Shown: in pieces, positions 39,681 to 51,156 of the stretch
Position numbering within the stretch: position 1 is the stretch's first letter
Layout of the letters: the number at the start of each line of letters is the position of its first letter
Notes under the pieces: model-generated
Databases searched by the model: none
Seen by the model: the letters and a program-made list of their open reading frames with translations, nothing else
What the model was told of the DNA's origin: nothing
From: Microbotryum violaceum
Taxonomy: Eukaryota
Length of the DNA: 64,000 bases
Direction: 5' to 3'
NCBI GenBank assembly: GCA_001244265.2
Contig: CDLV01000013.1
Coordinates: forward strand, 868,001-932,000
Made by a program: the position numbers and the translations under genes

Positions 39681-42600
39681 TCACTCCCGAGGCCCTTCGG
39701 TCGGCCACGGTCGGCCATAACCGTCACCCATGGGATACACGGATCGCGCAGCCGGACCAACTCCATTGTACACACCTGCAGGTACATCCTCCGAGCGCGG
39801 CGGGGCTTGCGACCAAGCGTACTGCTGCCCGTATTCTTCCGGATGGACTCCGCTTGCCGTCCCATACAGGCCGCTTTCGAACCCGAGTTCGCCGTAGGCG
39901 AGCGCCGCGGCGATGCTTGACTCGATATTCCACGGCGCGACGCCTGGCATCGATTCAGCCGTCGTACGCACGTATGGCTCTGACTTGGGAGCCGACGACG
40001 AGTAAGGCAGCACTTCCGATGACGCCGAGAGCTGTGATTAGGCCCGCCCAAGTGGCGCAAGCAGGTCAGCCGAATCCATTCGTTCACGGGAGAGCTATCC
40101 ACTCACCAATAAATGATTCACCACGTTACGGAACGGCGAGTTGCTTTCCTCGTCCTGAAGGTCAAGGCGCGGTCTCTTTCCCGGGACGGACGTAATGTCT
40201 TGCTCGGCGGCCAGCAGCCCTTCCAGCACCTTAACGCCCATCCTCGCAGCGGCCGAATTCGAGGAAGCCAATTTAAGCAGTTCGACAGATTCGCGAAGCG
40301 TGGCCCTCATCTCGATCGAGGGCTTGTGGAGCAAGTCGATGAAGCAGACAATCGACGCCACGAATTGGTACAGCGAGACGATCCAAAGTCTGAAAATCTC
40401 CGGGCATCGCTCCCCTGCTTGCCGGAGCAGAACGAGAACCGAACGAGCCGACGACACACACCTTTCGGTAGAGGCGTGGTACTTGCTGTCGTGGTAGCCG
40501 CGCATCAAATACGGTCGATGCAGTCGGAGATGTCGATTCGCAGCGGTGATCTGAATCAGTAGCGCCTCCTTTTCAAGGTTTGGCCATCGTCGATCCTTTT
40601 GCCAAGGATGCGATAGACTGGAAAAGTATTCCGGAAAGTCCGCAATGACGTCGCAAATCCGCCCGTCCATCCTGCCGATTGGGCGAAGTATTTGAGCCAT
40701 AGTCACATGACTTTAAACCTATCGCGAGAGGGCTCACTCGACAATAAAATCATAATCGGCAAGTTGGTTCACGTTGAGGTGGTCGACGAATTCGCGGTAC
40801 AGAGTGACGAATCGGAGCTTGAGGATGGTCATCGTCGATTCCTATGCACATCAGATGGTGTTCAACGACCTCATCTCGGAGCTTCGTAGGCGAGACCTGG
40901 CTTACGGTGTACTGTGACAGGGGTCTCGATACGTAATCATCGTTCATGTCGGCGTCGTTAACGTTGCTGGGTGGCGCCGTGTGATTTTGAGAAGGATGAA
41001 CACAATCTGGCACCGAGGATTTAGGGTCGGCTCAGCACAGAGAAGAACTGCAGTAACACTCCGGGGAGAAGAACTCACAAGTGCCATTGTGCGCCTGAGC
41101 ATGACTCCAGTCAAGGACGACTAGTCCCCACCATATTCTTCGACCTGTCTCCCTCCTTCGGAAGCTCTTCCAGGCCGGTGGCCACTTCTTTCCGTCCGTC
41201 TCCCATCCCAAGCGACTCAGCCCCAGGTTTGTCGCGCACTTGATCGCGGATCCTAGGAGAGCCCAATGAACATCGGCTTCCGCACTCGTGTTGTACATGA
41301 AGACCCCGGCGACGATGATGCTTTGTAGATACTCGAGCGATGGGTGTCGCAGCCAATCCGAGTTGCTGAGCATGGATAGACCACAGTGGTACACGTCCTC
41401 AGCCAGCATCGAAGCGTCTTCGAGCGAGTATCCGAGTGCCTGTGCCTCGTACGGCTCGATGAGATGCAGTGAACAGCACAAGATCATGTACAGCACGCAG
41501 AGGAACGATGTCCTGGTTGTGCGATGCGCTTCCTCGGGGTCGAGATGGAGAATGGACTTGCACTCGACAATGAAGGACGGGGTATGAAGCGACTTGGTGT
41601 ACCACTCTATTCGCCCAAAGTACGTCTCGACGAGTATCCAGCTGCGTTGCGCCCCAATGACGCTCAACGGGTTCATCATTCGGGCTCGTTCGTGGCGCAC
41701 GGATGCCGATCGTAGACTTCCGGAATCCTGATGCAAAGGATTCATGGCCTGCCTCAGGCGGCTCTTGTTGGCATTGAAAGACATGGTGATATCTATCGGC
41801 AGAAGTACAAATTTGAGCCTCATTGACAAGGTTGTCAAGCTTTATACTCCCCACCGAGCTTACCTTCGAGCATGAGAGCCATCTCTTCCTCCGGCGGCTG
41901 TCCTCTTTCGCCCCGAGCGTTGACAGCGTCGTTCGTTGGTGTCGATGCCGTGGAGGGACGGACGGGTGCATGAGTAGAGGAACCGAGAGCAGCGCTCGAC
42001 GAACTCGTAGACGTTGCGAGACGTCTAGTCGATGCAACCCCATTCGCCCCCACCCCCGCACCCGCGTCGGTGACCGCCGAAGGCTTCAAGTTGGTCGAGC
42101 CCGATGAGGAAGCCTGGCGCAGTCTCGTGGCGCCGTGATCTTCGAGCTGGGCGATCTTGTGCTGCAGGGCTCGCACCGTCGACTCGAGAGACGACATCCT
42201 TGTGAAGAGAGAGTCATATATGGGCCTGTGAGATTGATACCACTCGAAATTGCTCAGTCCTTGGCCAGCTTCAACAGTCCGAGCTGCGCAACCGCCTCCG
42301 ATGGGCCACTCCGGACCGCACGACCTGCCCGCCCGCCGACGTACGAGGGGGTTCCCGGATTGGTTTCTGGCTTCTCGCACGAGTCGGCGTCGCCACGCAT
42401 CTGGCAGGGCGCACACGGATAGACCCTGTCACATTTGATCTTCCTGCGCTTGCACTCTGCACACGACTGCACCTGCCTGCGCGTCGTACTGCCACCCGCG
42501 GACAAGGGGGTCAGCTGACTCGAAGCCATCGTCGACAGCGCCGGCGAGCATTGCGACGAGGAGGCACTCGCCGCGACGGCATAAGGTACGGTCGGAGATC

Positions 42601-42841
42601 TATCATACGTATGACCGTAAGATCCTGATCGCACACGCTTGAATGTCGGTTCCGTTCTCCCCAGATGCGACGAGGCCGACGGTTCTCGGGGTCGGATGCT
42701 CGACGACGTTAACTTGGCCAGGCCCTGCAGCTGACTCGGGCCAGCAGAAGCATCATGCCCTGAAACAGCAGCCTCAGGTGAGGACAGGCGTGACGACATG
42801 CTCATTGGCTTTAGATCTGCGTTGGCGCCGTCGCCCGACAT
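39681..42841 (-). CDS. Zn(II)2Cys6 transcription factor with fungal TF middle homology domain
   Basis: SCAECKRRKIKCDRVYPCAPCQMRGDADSC; SLEYLQSII, AIKCATNLGL, RRETGRRIWWGLVVLDW, HTAPPSNVND, LRLHRPYL. Confidence 0.93.
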
Positions 42842-44872
42842 GCCCAGAAGCCGAAGCAGGTCAAGCGGTGGCTCGAAGGCAAGTGTCGGTCCCGGCTGTG
42901 ATTGGAATTGGGGCTGTCGTTGGCTCTCATTGATCTCATTGGCGTAGTGTAGTGCCCATATAGCTCGCGCGCGAGGCCAAATTGGGAACACGAGGGATGT
43001 CTAAGCTCGACGCCCCAGAGGAAGGGCTTAGTTGAGCTTAAGGGATGTCTAACGTCAAATTAGCCGACGAACTCACGGCCCTCACTGATCAGGTCGATCA
43101 GGCCTCGCAGTCCAAGCGATCTGCAACAGCTTGTGACCAACTCCATCCCAGTCCTCCACGGCAGCCGGCAGTCAATGCAGGAAGGAGCCTGTAGTTTGTA
43201 GGAATTAAAGAGGAGCAACTCTAGTCACTTTGGTGACTCGTGTCATGGACTTTGAGTGGCAGTGCAGTGGTTCTGGCGATGACGTACGACGCTCGGAGCA
43301 CGTCTAAGTTAGAGACAGGGGGCTAGGGACGAGCACTCATGCGCCGCCGAGAGTCCGTTTACATCATAGTGAACATAGGAATATGGGCGCTTTGATGCTG
43401 GAGAATCACAAGCAATCGGTACCATTCCCTCACAGCTACGAAGTTTGTAGTTTTCTTCGGAGAACTCTCGCGAGTCTACTTCAGACGAGCTTCTCGGAGG
43501 GAGCTGCTCTGAGTATGTGTAGGTGTTTGATATCTCAAAATCCTGATTATCAGACCTCTCTTTGGTGTCAACGGAGGCGAGTGCCAGTATACCTTGGAAG
43601 GCAGGCACCACTGAGAGGGTTGAGCTCGGGCTTCATGCAGGCGTGTGGCGCGCCAACTTCTGGTGGGTCAGCTGCAGAGCATTCATGACAGCGAAACCAC
43701 GAAAATCAAAGGATTGTTTTGGCGTTAACCCGAATCGAGTGATCCCCAGTAACTCCTGCGAGGCGACATAATACTACTTAGTCTGCTGCATCTGTGGAAT
43801 ATTCTGGGTTGAAGAAATGTTGGAAGGTACCTTGTTGCCTTGGTAGATATTGGTAGATATTGGTGAGACCCAGAGGTACTGCGGTACCGGACATGGGCCG
43901 AACGTTCCCATTGAAGGAACCCTTCAGGGGGACCCAAGCTGGATTTCCTCCGGGAAGGGGCCAGCGCCAAGCTGAGCGCTGTGCTCGGCGCAGCCGATCA
44001 GTCGCTGGTCGCCCGCGATCTCGGACGCCGCCAATCGGAAGAGATGAATCGGTGACCCATGTGTAAGTCCCAAAATCTACTTATAATTATCTCGCCAGAC
44101 CGACAAGCGAATCAGCCTGGGTAGAATCCTGACCGCTGAGTGCTTACAACTCAGGAGGCGCAACGACTGGTGAACTAGAGCTGCATCCCGTCGGCTTTTT
44201 TTACGTCGCAGCACCATTTTCGTGCCAGCGTGTCATTGATCGACCCGTATGCTCCGGCGAGTGACATCATGGGGGAGTGATGTTCGATACCTACCGAAAC
44301 CCGAGAGATTGCACTCCGTGGGCTGCGTGCTTATCGGACGCTTCTTCAAATCATTCGGCGATGTGTTGTGGGAGGTGTGGGGAACGCTGGGGCGGATAGG
44401 CGAGAGCACGGAGCAGGGCCGTCACAGTGGAGAGTAGACCGCCAGCCGAACGGGTCCCAGGGTCACGGGTTGCCGTCGAGAGTGGAATTGTTGCTGTCGA
44501 AGATTGTGGCGATTGCCAATTCCCCGCGTCGCAGGAGCTCACGCTCGCGAAAGGCCGGCGGGGAAGAACACCGATCGGGCAAGCCAAGGCGACCGCCGCG
44601 AGCCAAGGTTTTTTTTACTGGTCGAGGATCGCTGGCGCCGAGCGCGATTCGGACGGTGACGCATGGTAAACTTTGGCCATGGGCTTATCCCAAGACTTTG
44701 CTCAAGACGTGACCAGTTAGAAAGCCCAAGTTGAACATGCTTTGTCCCGGTAGGCCTGGCTTTGCAATATTGCCTCTGCAAATAGGGCGCGGCCATCCCT
44801 CCCGCCCGTATCTTTGCCTCTTCTCCTCCTCTTTTCCCATTCGTTGCTTTTCAAGTGCGCCGCCGCACCGCG

Positions 44873-47351
44873 ATGTCAGCCACCCTAGACAAGCACGCCT
44901 TTGAGAAGAGCTCCGACAAGGAACCCAGTGACAATGATGTTCACGTCGTAAGTGTCGAGTCCTTCCCCACAGCTCGGCGAATGAACCCGGATCCCGGACC
45001 AAGCGAAGCTTGCCACCCCCTCGCCGCTCCTGATCGGAGGGTCAGGGGCGTCGGAAGGCTTGGGTAGTGACTAGCAGGTCGTACTCATCAGTGCAGGGAT
45101 ATTTTTCACTTACGTGACACTTGACTGATGTTCCTGTGCCGGCCATTTTAAATACCACAGACCACCGCTGCCGCTCCCGAAATTTACGACCCTTCCCAGG
45201 AGTCAATCTGGACGCGCGCCGGTCTTTCTTTCCGATCGTACACCCGCGCCCCCGGTAGCACTGCCGGTCTCAAAGTTCATGGTTCGGCGGCTCACATCGA
45301 CCCTCTCAAAGAGGGAGCAAACCCAATGCTTCAGCAAAAGATGAAGCCTCGTCATTTGACCATGATCGCGGTCGGCGGCTCGATCGGTACCGGTCTTTTC
45401 ATGCAAGTTTTTCAGGCGCCTTCGCCCGAGCCCATGCGCGGCCGACATACCATCGGTCGCTGACGTACTTTGCCTCGTTCTCGTCCTGCAGCGGTTCGGG
45501 ACAAGCTCTTAGAAACGGTGGCCCCGCTGGTATCCTCATTGCGTGGTCTCTCATCGGCATCATGATGATCAACGTTACGCAATGCCTCGGTGAACTCGCT
45601 ATTCTCTATCCCATCTCCGGTGGCTTCTACACCCTCGCTGTCCGCTTTCTAGATCCCGGCTTCGGCATGGCTCTCGGTGGGTTGCATCTGAACGTGACGT
45701 CATACGGTACTCTCTGGATCGTGTTGACGGCTGCTCCCTGAACACAGGCTACAACTATCTCTTCCAATGGGCGGTCGTCTTGCCGCTCGAAATTACCGCA
45801 GCGGGCATCACAGTGAGTGGCCCTCTACACCAATCCTGTGATTGCTGCTCTTGAAGCTGTACGAACCTTGCTGAGCTTTCCCTTTTTAAATGCTCACATA
45901 GGTGCAATATTGGAATGAGTCAGTGCCAATCGCGGCGTGGATCACCATTTTCTGGTTTGCCATCATCTTTGTGAACATCTTCGGTACTCTCGGCTTTGCC
46001 GAAGAGGAGTTTTGGTCCTCGTGCCTCAAGTTGACCGTTGTCGTGATCTTCGTCATCATCGGTATCGTGCTCAACGTTGGTGCCGGCCCCTCGGGGGGCG
46101 AATACACCACATATCTTGGTGGTGATCTATGGAGGAGCCCGGGAGCGTTCGCCAATGGGTTCAAGGGTGAGTTCTCCTGCTCAAGCCGAAGTCTCTGAGT
46201 ACTCTGGGGCTGACCGAGGTCGAGGTTACCTCGCAGGTGTGTGCGCCGTATTCGTGACTGCTGCTTTCTCCTTTGCTGGTACCGAACTCGTCGGCCTTGC
46301 GGCTACTGAGACCCCCAACCCCCGCCAGACGATGCCCGGCGCCGTCAAGGGCACTTTCTGGTGAGTTGTAGAATGGCCGACATTTGGCCACGCCAGTGTT
46401 TTGTCTGGTAACGACTTGCTGATTCATCGGGGTGGTATATCACAGGCGCATTACGGTTATCTACCTTTCTTCGCTCCTGATCATCGGTCTCAATATCCCC
46501 TATAACGATGAGCGTCTCCTCGGTGGTAGCGGAGCCGGTACTTCGCCGTTCGTCATCATGGTTGACCGAGCGGGGATCCGCGGCCTAAACCATCTCATTA
46601 ACGCTACCATCTGCATCTCGGTTCTATCCATTGGGTTGTCCTGCGTCTACGCCGGATCTCGTGTCTTGACGGCCCTGGCCGAGACCGGCTACGCCCCCAG
46701 GGTGTTTGCCTACGTCGATCGAAGCGGACGACCCCTCTGGTCGGTCTTGTTCGTCCTCGCGTTCGGCCCCATCGCCTACGTCAATGTGTCCGGCTCTGGA
46801 GATGTCATCTTCGAATGGCTCCTCGCCTTATCTGGTCTCTCAACTCTCTTCACTTGGGGCTCGATCTGCTTGTGCCACATCCGTTTCCGTCGCGCTTGGA
46901 AGGTCCAAGGCCACTCCGTTGAGGAGCTTCCCTTTAAGGCCGCCGGTGGCGTCTATGGCTCCTGGTTCGGCCTCATCCTCGTCATCCTTGTTCTCATCGC
47001 CCAGTTCTACGTTGCGATTTGGCCCATTGGAGGCAGGGAGAGCGATCCCAAGGCCGCCGCCGAGACGTTCTTCAAGGTCTACCTCGCCATGCCCGTACTA
47101 CTCTTCTTCTGGGTGGCCGCTTTCCTGTGGAAGCGCACGTTGCCTCAGCGAGCCCATGACATCGATCTCGATGTGAGTAGAGTGCCATAAATATTATTCT
47201 ACAGCGCATATTCTGACCGTGTGTCTTATTCCATACTCTGCAGACGGGACGTAAATCGTGGCTCACCGTCGAGGAGATGCGCCTCTACCGAGAGGACCGA
47301 CGCAACGCCCCTTTCTTCACTCGCGCGTTTCGCATTCTCTTCTCGAACTAA
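44873..47351 (+). CDS. Amino-acid permease (APC superfamily, YAT family)
   Basis: MKPRHLTMIAVGGSIGTGLFIGSG, LGELAILYP.SGGF, FAEEEFWSS.LK, AAFSFAGTELVGLAATE..NPR, YVDRSGRP. Confidence 0.95.
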
Positions 47352-47617
47352 GTATCTGTGTTTTCTCTTACAACGGGAAAGCCTGTGACATATTCATGGT
47401 ACGGATAGGTGTGTACACCGTATATCGTATATCTTTATTATGCCGCAAGAGGAAGTGATCAAAGTAGATTTTAAATGCCTCAAAAGAGCCGACTTCAACT
47501 TCTGAATTTGACTGCCTCCAGCGAGACCGCTGAGGAAACCTGCCGCTAATACGTGTTACCCAACGAGAGGCAACCAAAGCATGGGTCGCGCGAACCCCTC
47601 CCTTTCTTGAACATGCC

Positions 47618-48718
47618 ATGAGCTTATCAACTGAGAGCAACTCCGACACCAGCGCCTCCGAGTCCGAGTCCGCGCGAGCTTTCAAACGCATTGCTTCCGC
47701 AGGCTGTCGCGGACCGTGCGCGACTAGCCCCCGATCGGAGTATAACGATGCGCTTGCTTGCCCCGGAGTACAGCCCGCAGCCTTCCTCTTCGAACGCATA
47801 ACCGCATGGTGAGGCAATGCAGAGCTCAGACCTGTCCACAGAGTGCTTGCTTCTAATCCGCTCAGTGTTCAAACTCACGTGCAGACCGCTACCTGGCCAC
47901 GACCCGTGGCATCTCTTGAGTGCTCTCTTGTGGTGGCCTATCAACTACGCGAGCCCACCATCCTCGAGCCCCTTGCGTTGCGCCGGCAACTCGCCCAGGA
48001 TGGCTTCTTGTACCTTCGCTCGTTCCTGCCGTGTGAATTGGTGACGATCGCACGCCGTACGCTCGCGCTAGACCTCGCTTCCAATGGGTTCCTCGACACG
48101 AGTACGTGCCTGGACCTTACCGAGGACCCCTTGTACATCAATCCCGAATCGATCAAAGACAAGAGAACACCCGAATTGCTCAATCGAACGGACTTGCACC
48201 GGCATCCAGACGTCCTCTCTGTACTGGAACACGACTCTCTTCGGCGCCTGATGAGGTCACTTCTGGTCACTCCCAGTTCCGACACGGTCGGACTCGCAAC
48301 GCCGCCGAGTACAACATGTCTACCCGAATTGCGAACCCACCCTTACAAATGGCTGCGAGCTGTAGGCCCCTCGCTCTACACGGGTCTGCACGTCGATCGA
48401 ACCTATTTTCCCACCTCGTCCTTCCCGACTCTCTTAACGGCTTGGATCCCCCTCGACAATATCCCGACAGAACTAGGATCACTCGTTATCGCTCCCGACA
48501 TTTATCTCCCACCGATGAAGGTTGGCGGAGACGGAACCAAGTCGGGGTGGATCCATGAAAAGTACCTCGAGGATCAGACGATACGGTGGGAGTCGGCCGA
48601 CATGAACAGAGGCGATATCGTCATCATTGATCCGGCGAGATGCGTTCATATGAGCAGTCGAAATGTCGCGAGCCCACCGACCTGGAGGATTAGCGCCGAT
48701 ACAAGATGGTGGATCTAG
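47618..48718 (+). CDS. PhyH-like Fe(II)/2-oxoglutarate dioxygenase
   Basis: DGFLYLRSFL, KWLRAV, TGLHVD (HxD), LTAWIPL.....GSL, GDIVI....HMS and RISADTRW; intron predicted at 47809-47865. Confidence 0.8.
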
Positions 48719-48775
48719 CATGATCATACTGCATGGGCAACGCCGTTCCACTATCGAAATCGTCTCAAACTCAAA

Positions 48776-51074
48776 TTAATCCTCCTCTTCCTCCCAAGCC
48801 ACACGACTCTGCACGTGCGCGCACCCAACCTCATGCTTCTCAGCAGGTCTTCTCCACGCTCTCCGATCTATTCTCTCCCTCTCCCAATTCGTCTTTTCGC
48901 TCCATTCCCTCTCCTGCCTGTCCTGAGCTCCATTCAACGCAAACGAAAGATGGGCGACTCCGCGAGCACTGGAGCAATCCGGCGTCAGGCAGAGGATGAA
49001 CCCTCCCAGCTTGGACAGGTAGGTCGACAGCACCGACCGAGCCCAGCTTGCATCGACAACAATCATACCGTTGGTCGAGAGGAAGCTAGAAAACAAGGGA
49101 TCCTCATCGAACTCTTGGTGTCCAAGGCGAGGCCCGTCTGCGTCGAAATACGGTAATTCGTCTTTGAACGCGATCATCCGCCGAGTCCCATCCCTCAGCT
49201 TATCGGCTTCGTTCCACACTTCCCATCGGGCAATTTGCTCACGCAGCTTGGCAATACATCGATCCATGGCTTCAATGTATCCTTCGGCAAAGGCCTCGCG
49301 CCACAACGGGACGAGCTGTGCTGCGAGGTCGAACAAGCCTAGCCCGAGAGATTCGAGTCGAGGTGGAGGGGCGACGATGAGTAAATCCCTAACAACCGCG
49401 TGCGAGGGTGCAGGGGAGGGTTGCGCTGGCGCGTGCTGAAGGGACAACATAGATCCACGACGGTGCCGACGCATTGGTGCAGTCGACGAGGTCGCGAATC
49501 CGGATCCTGGAGCGGAACCTTCTGAGCGATCGCGAACAAGTTTGCGCCATTGCCTCAGGGCTTCATCGGCACGCGTCTTGCCAATACTCGCACAGGTGTG
49601 ACCTAGCGAAGAGGCGAACACAAGGGACGGGGGTCAGTATCTGGAAATGAAAAAGAGCTCGACGGGGAACTACCTACCTAGCCATTTGAGGGTGTTGGTC
49701 GCCGCCGGTTGATCAGCTTCGTGATCCCCGATCAATCCCGAACAGCGATCCAATGTCAGATGTCGAAGATTTGGATGCAACCTCAGGAAAAGCGGTAGCC
49801 GTTGATCGGCGACGACATGCGTTGTGGAAAGGTCGATCGAAAGCAGTGAGACAAACGGTCGCGGGGGTGGCCAGACTATGTAGGCAGTCAACGAGAGTAA
49901 TACATCGCGACGAGGCAAGCGAAGGACGAAATGGGTCAATTGAGAGCCGATGGGGGAGGTGGCCAAGGCGGTGATGCAATAGAGTCGGTGGAAAACCTGA
50001 ATCGAGGTATGCAGCGCGAGGTCAGAGCGCCATAAGGTCGTCGAACCGAAAGCAGACGGACGACCTTTCAAAAGTGTCTCTTATCGTACCAGCCTGATTT
50101 CAGGTTCTCATTCTCGTTATCTTGAAACTCACAATGGGCTGAGCAAAGTCCGCCTTTTCAGCCTCGAGACGTTTTGCCAACCGAGGGGCCGAGGTGTCCG
50201 GCAATTGGATCGGTGGCTTAGGTGTTAACGATGCCGACGTTGCCGGGGGTTCCGCGCCGAACTCGTCGAGCGAATCGGTCAGTTCTTGCAGGCCGAACGC
50301 CGGGGTTGCTTGACGCACGATGCCATGCGAAGGTAGAAGGTCTTGGGCATACGCCAGACAACGAAGATGAGGTGCGGCTTCGACCGGCCATTGGGCGATC
50401 GCCAAAGGTGCGGTATCGAAGTAGGCGCCCTGTCCGAAAGCGAGGATAGCTCGGTAAACTAACTTTGGGTCCTGCACGAGAAGGCAAGTACCTTACCTTG
50501 AGAAAGAAATAGTAGGACCTCTCGAGTACATAAGGGTTAAAACGCAGCCACAATTGCTGTATCGAAGCTCGAAAGGTCGGGCGCTCGAGCATTTCTTCGA
50601 GATGGTCCGGCGCGAACATGGGTCCAATCGTCATGCGTAGCGAGGTGAGGACGGGCAACGCGGCCACCAAGTTGATGATAAGTTGAGGATCATCTCTGTT
50701 GCAGTAACAAATTCGGTCAGAGAGGTACTCCATGCAACGAGAGCTGGACTGCACCCGAAGGCCTTCGATTAAAACGTCATCGTCCCCCGAATTCCGTATC
50801 GCCAACACCGCACTGACCTCCAGCATTCTACGACAGCAGTACGCACGAGTGCAGGCCACCTCGGTTGTTGGCGCAACTTGGCGAGGCACTGTGCGGCCTG
50901 GCCTGGCCGGGTGATTTGCAGGTGGCGCAGTAGCAATGCCGACGACAAGGGCGACATACACAAACAGGCCTTGATCACCGCAAGCGTAGTCGGCTGCAGG
51001 TCCGTTCTAGACAGCATCAAGAGTATGTGTTCGAACAGCTCGACCGGCAGCTGCGGTGCTCCCTGACCTGACAT
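48776..51074 (-). CDS. F-box-like/LRR-like hypothetical protein, multi-exon
   Basis: N-terminal QLPVELFEHIL F-box-like motif; LRR-like LTSLRM, LTHFVL and LRHLTLDRC segments; ORFs join via GT-AG introns. Confidence 0.6.
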
Positions 51075-51156
51075 GCTGTAGCGAGTGCTGCGGGCGGGAC
51101 CTCGAGCCTCGAGGAGGGTGGTATCTGGTGGTATTGAGCCATCGCCGGCCCGGCTA

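Noticed and set aside
43060-43970. Lower-GC stretch as a gene or transposon relic
   Set aside because: No recognisable motifs, terminal repeats or TSD.
44081-44202. Possible Pol III ncRNA (TATA-like box, CTGAGT/ACTCAG hairpin, T7 run)
   Set aside because: The stems are only 5-6 bp and I see no tRNA, snRNA or SRP motifs; it would need an Infernal/Rfam hit or small-RNA reads.
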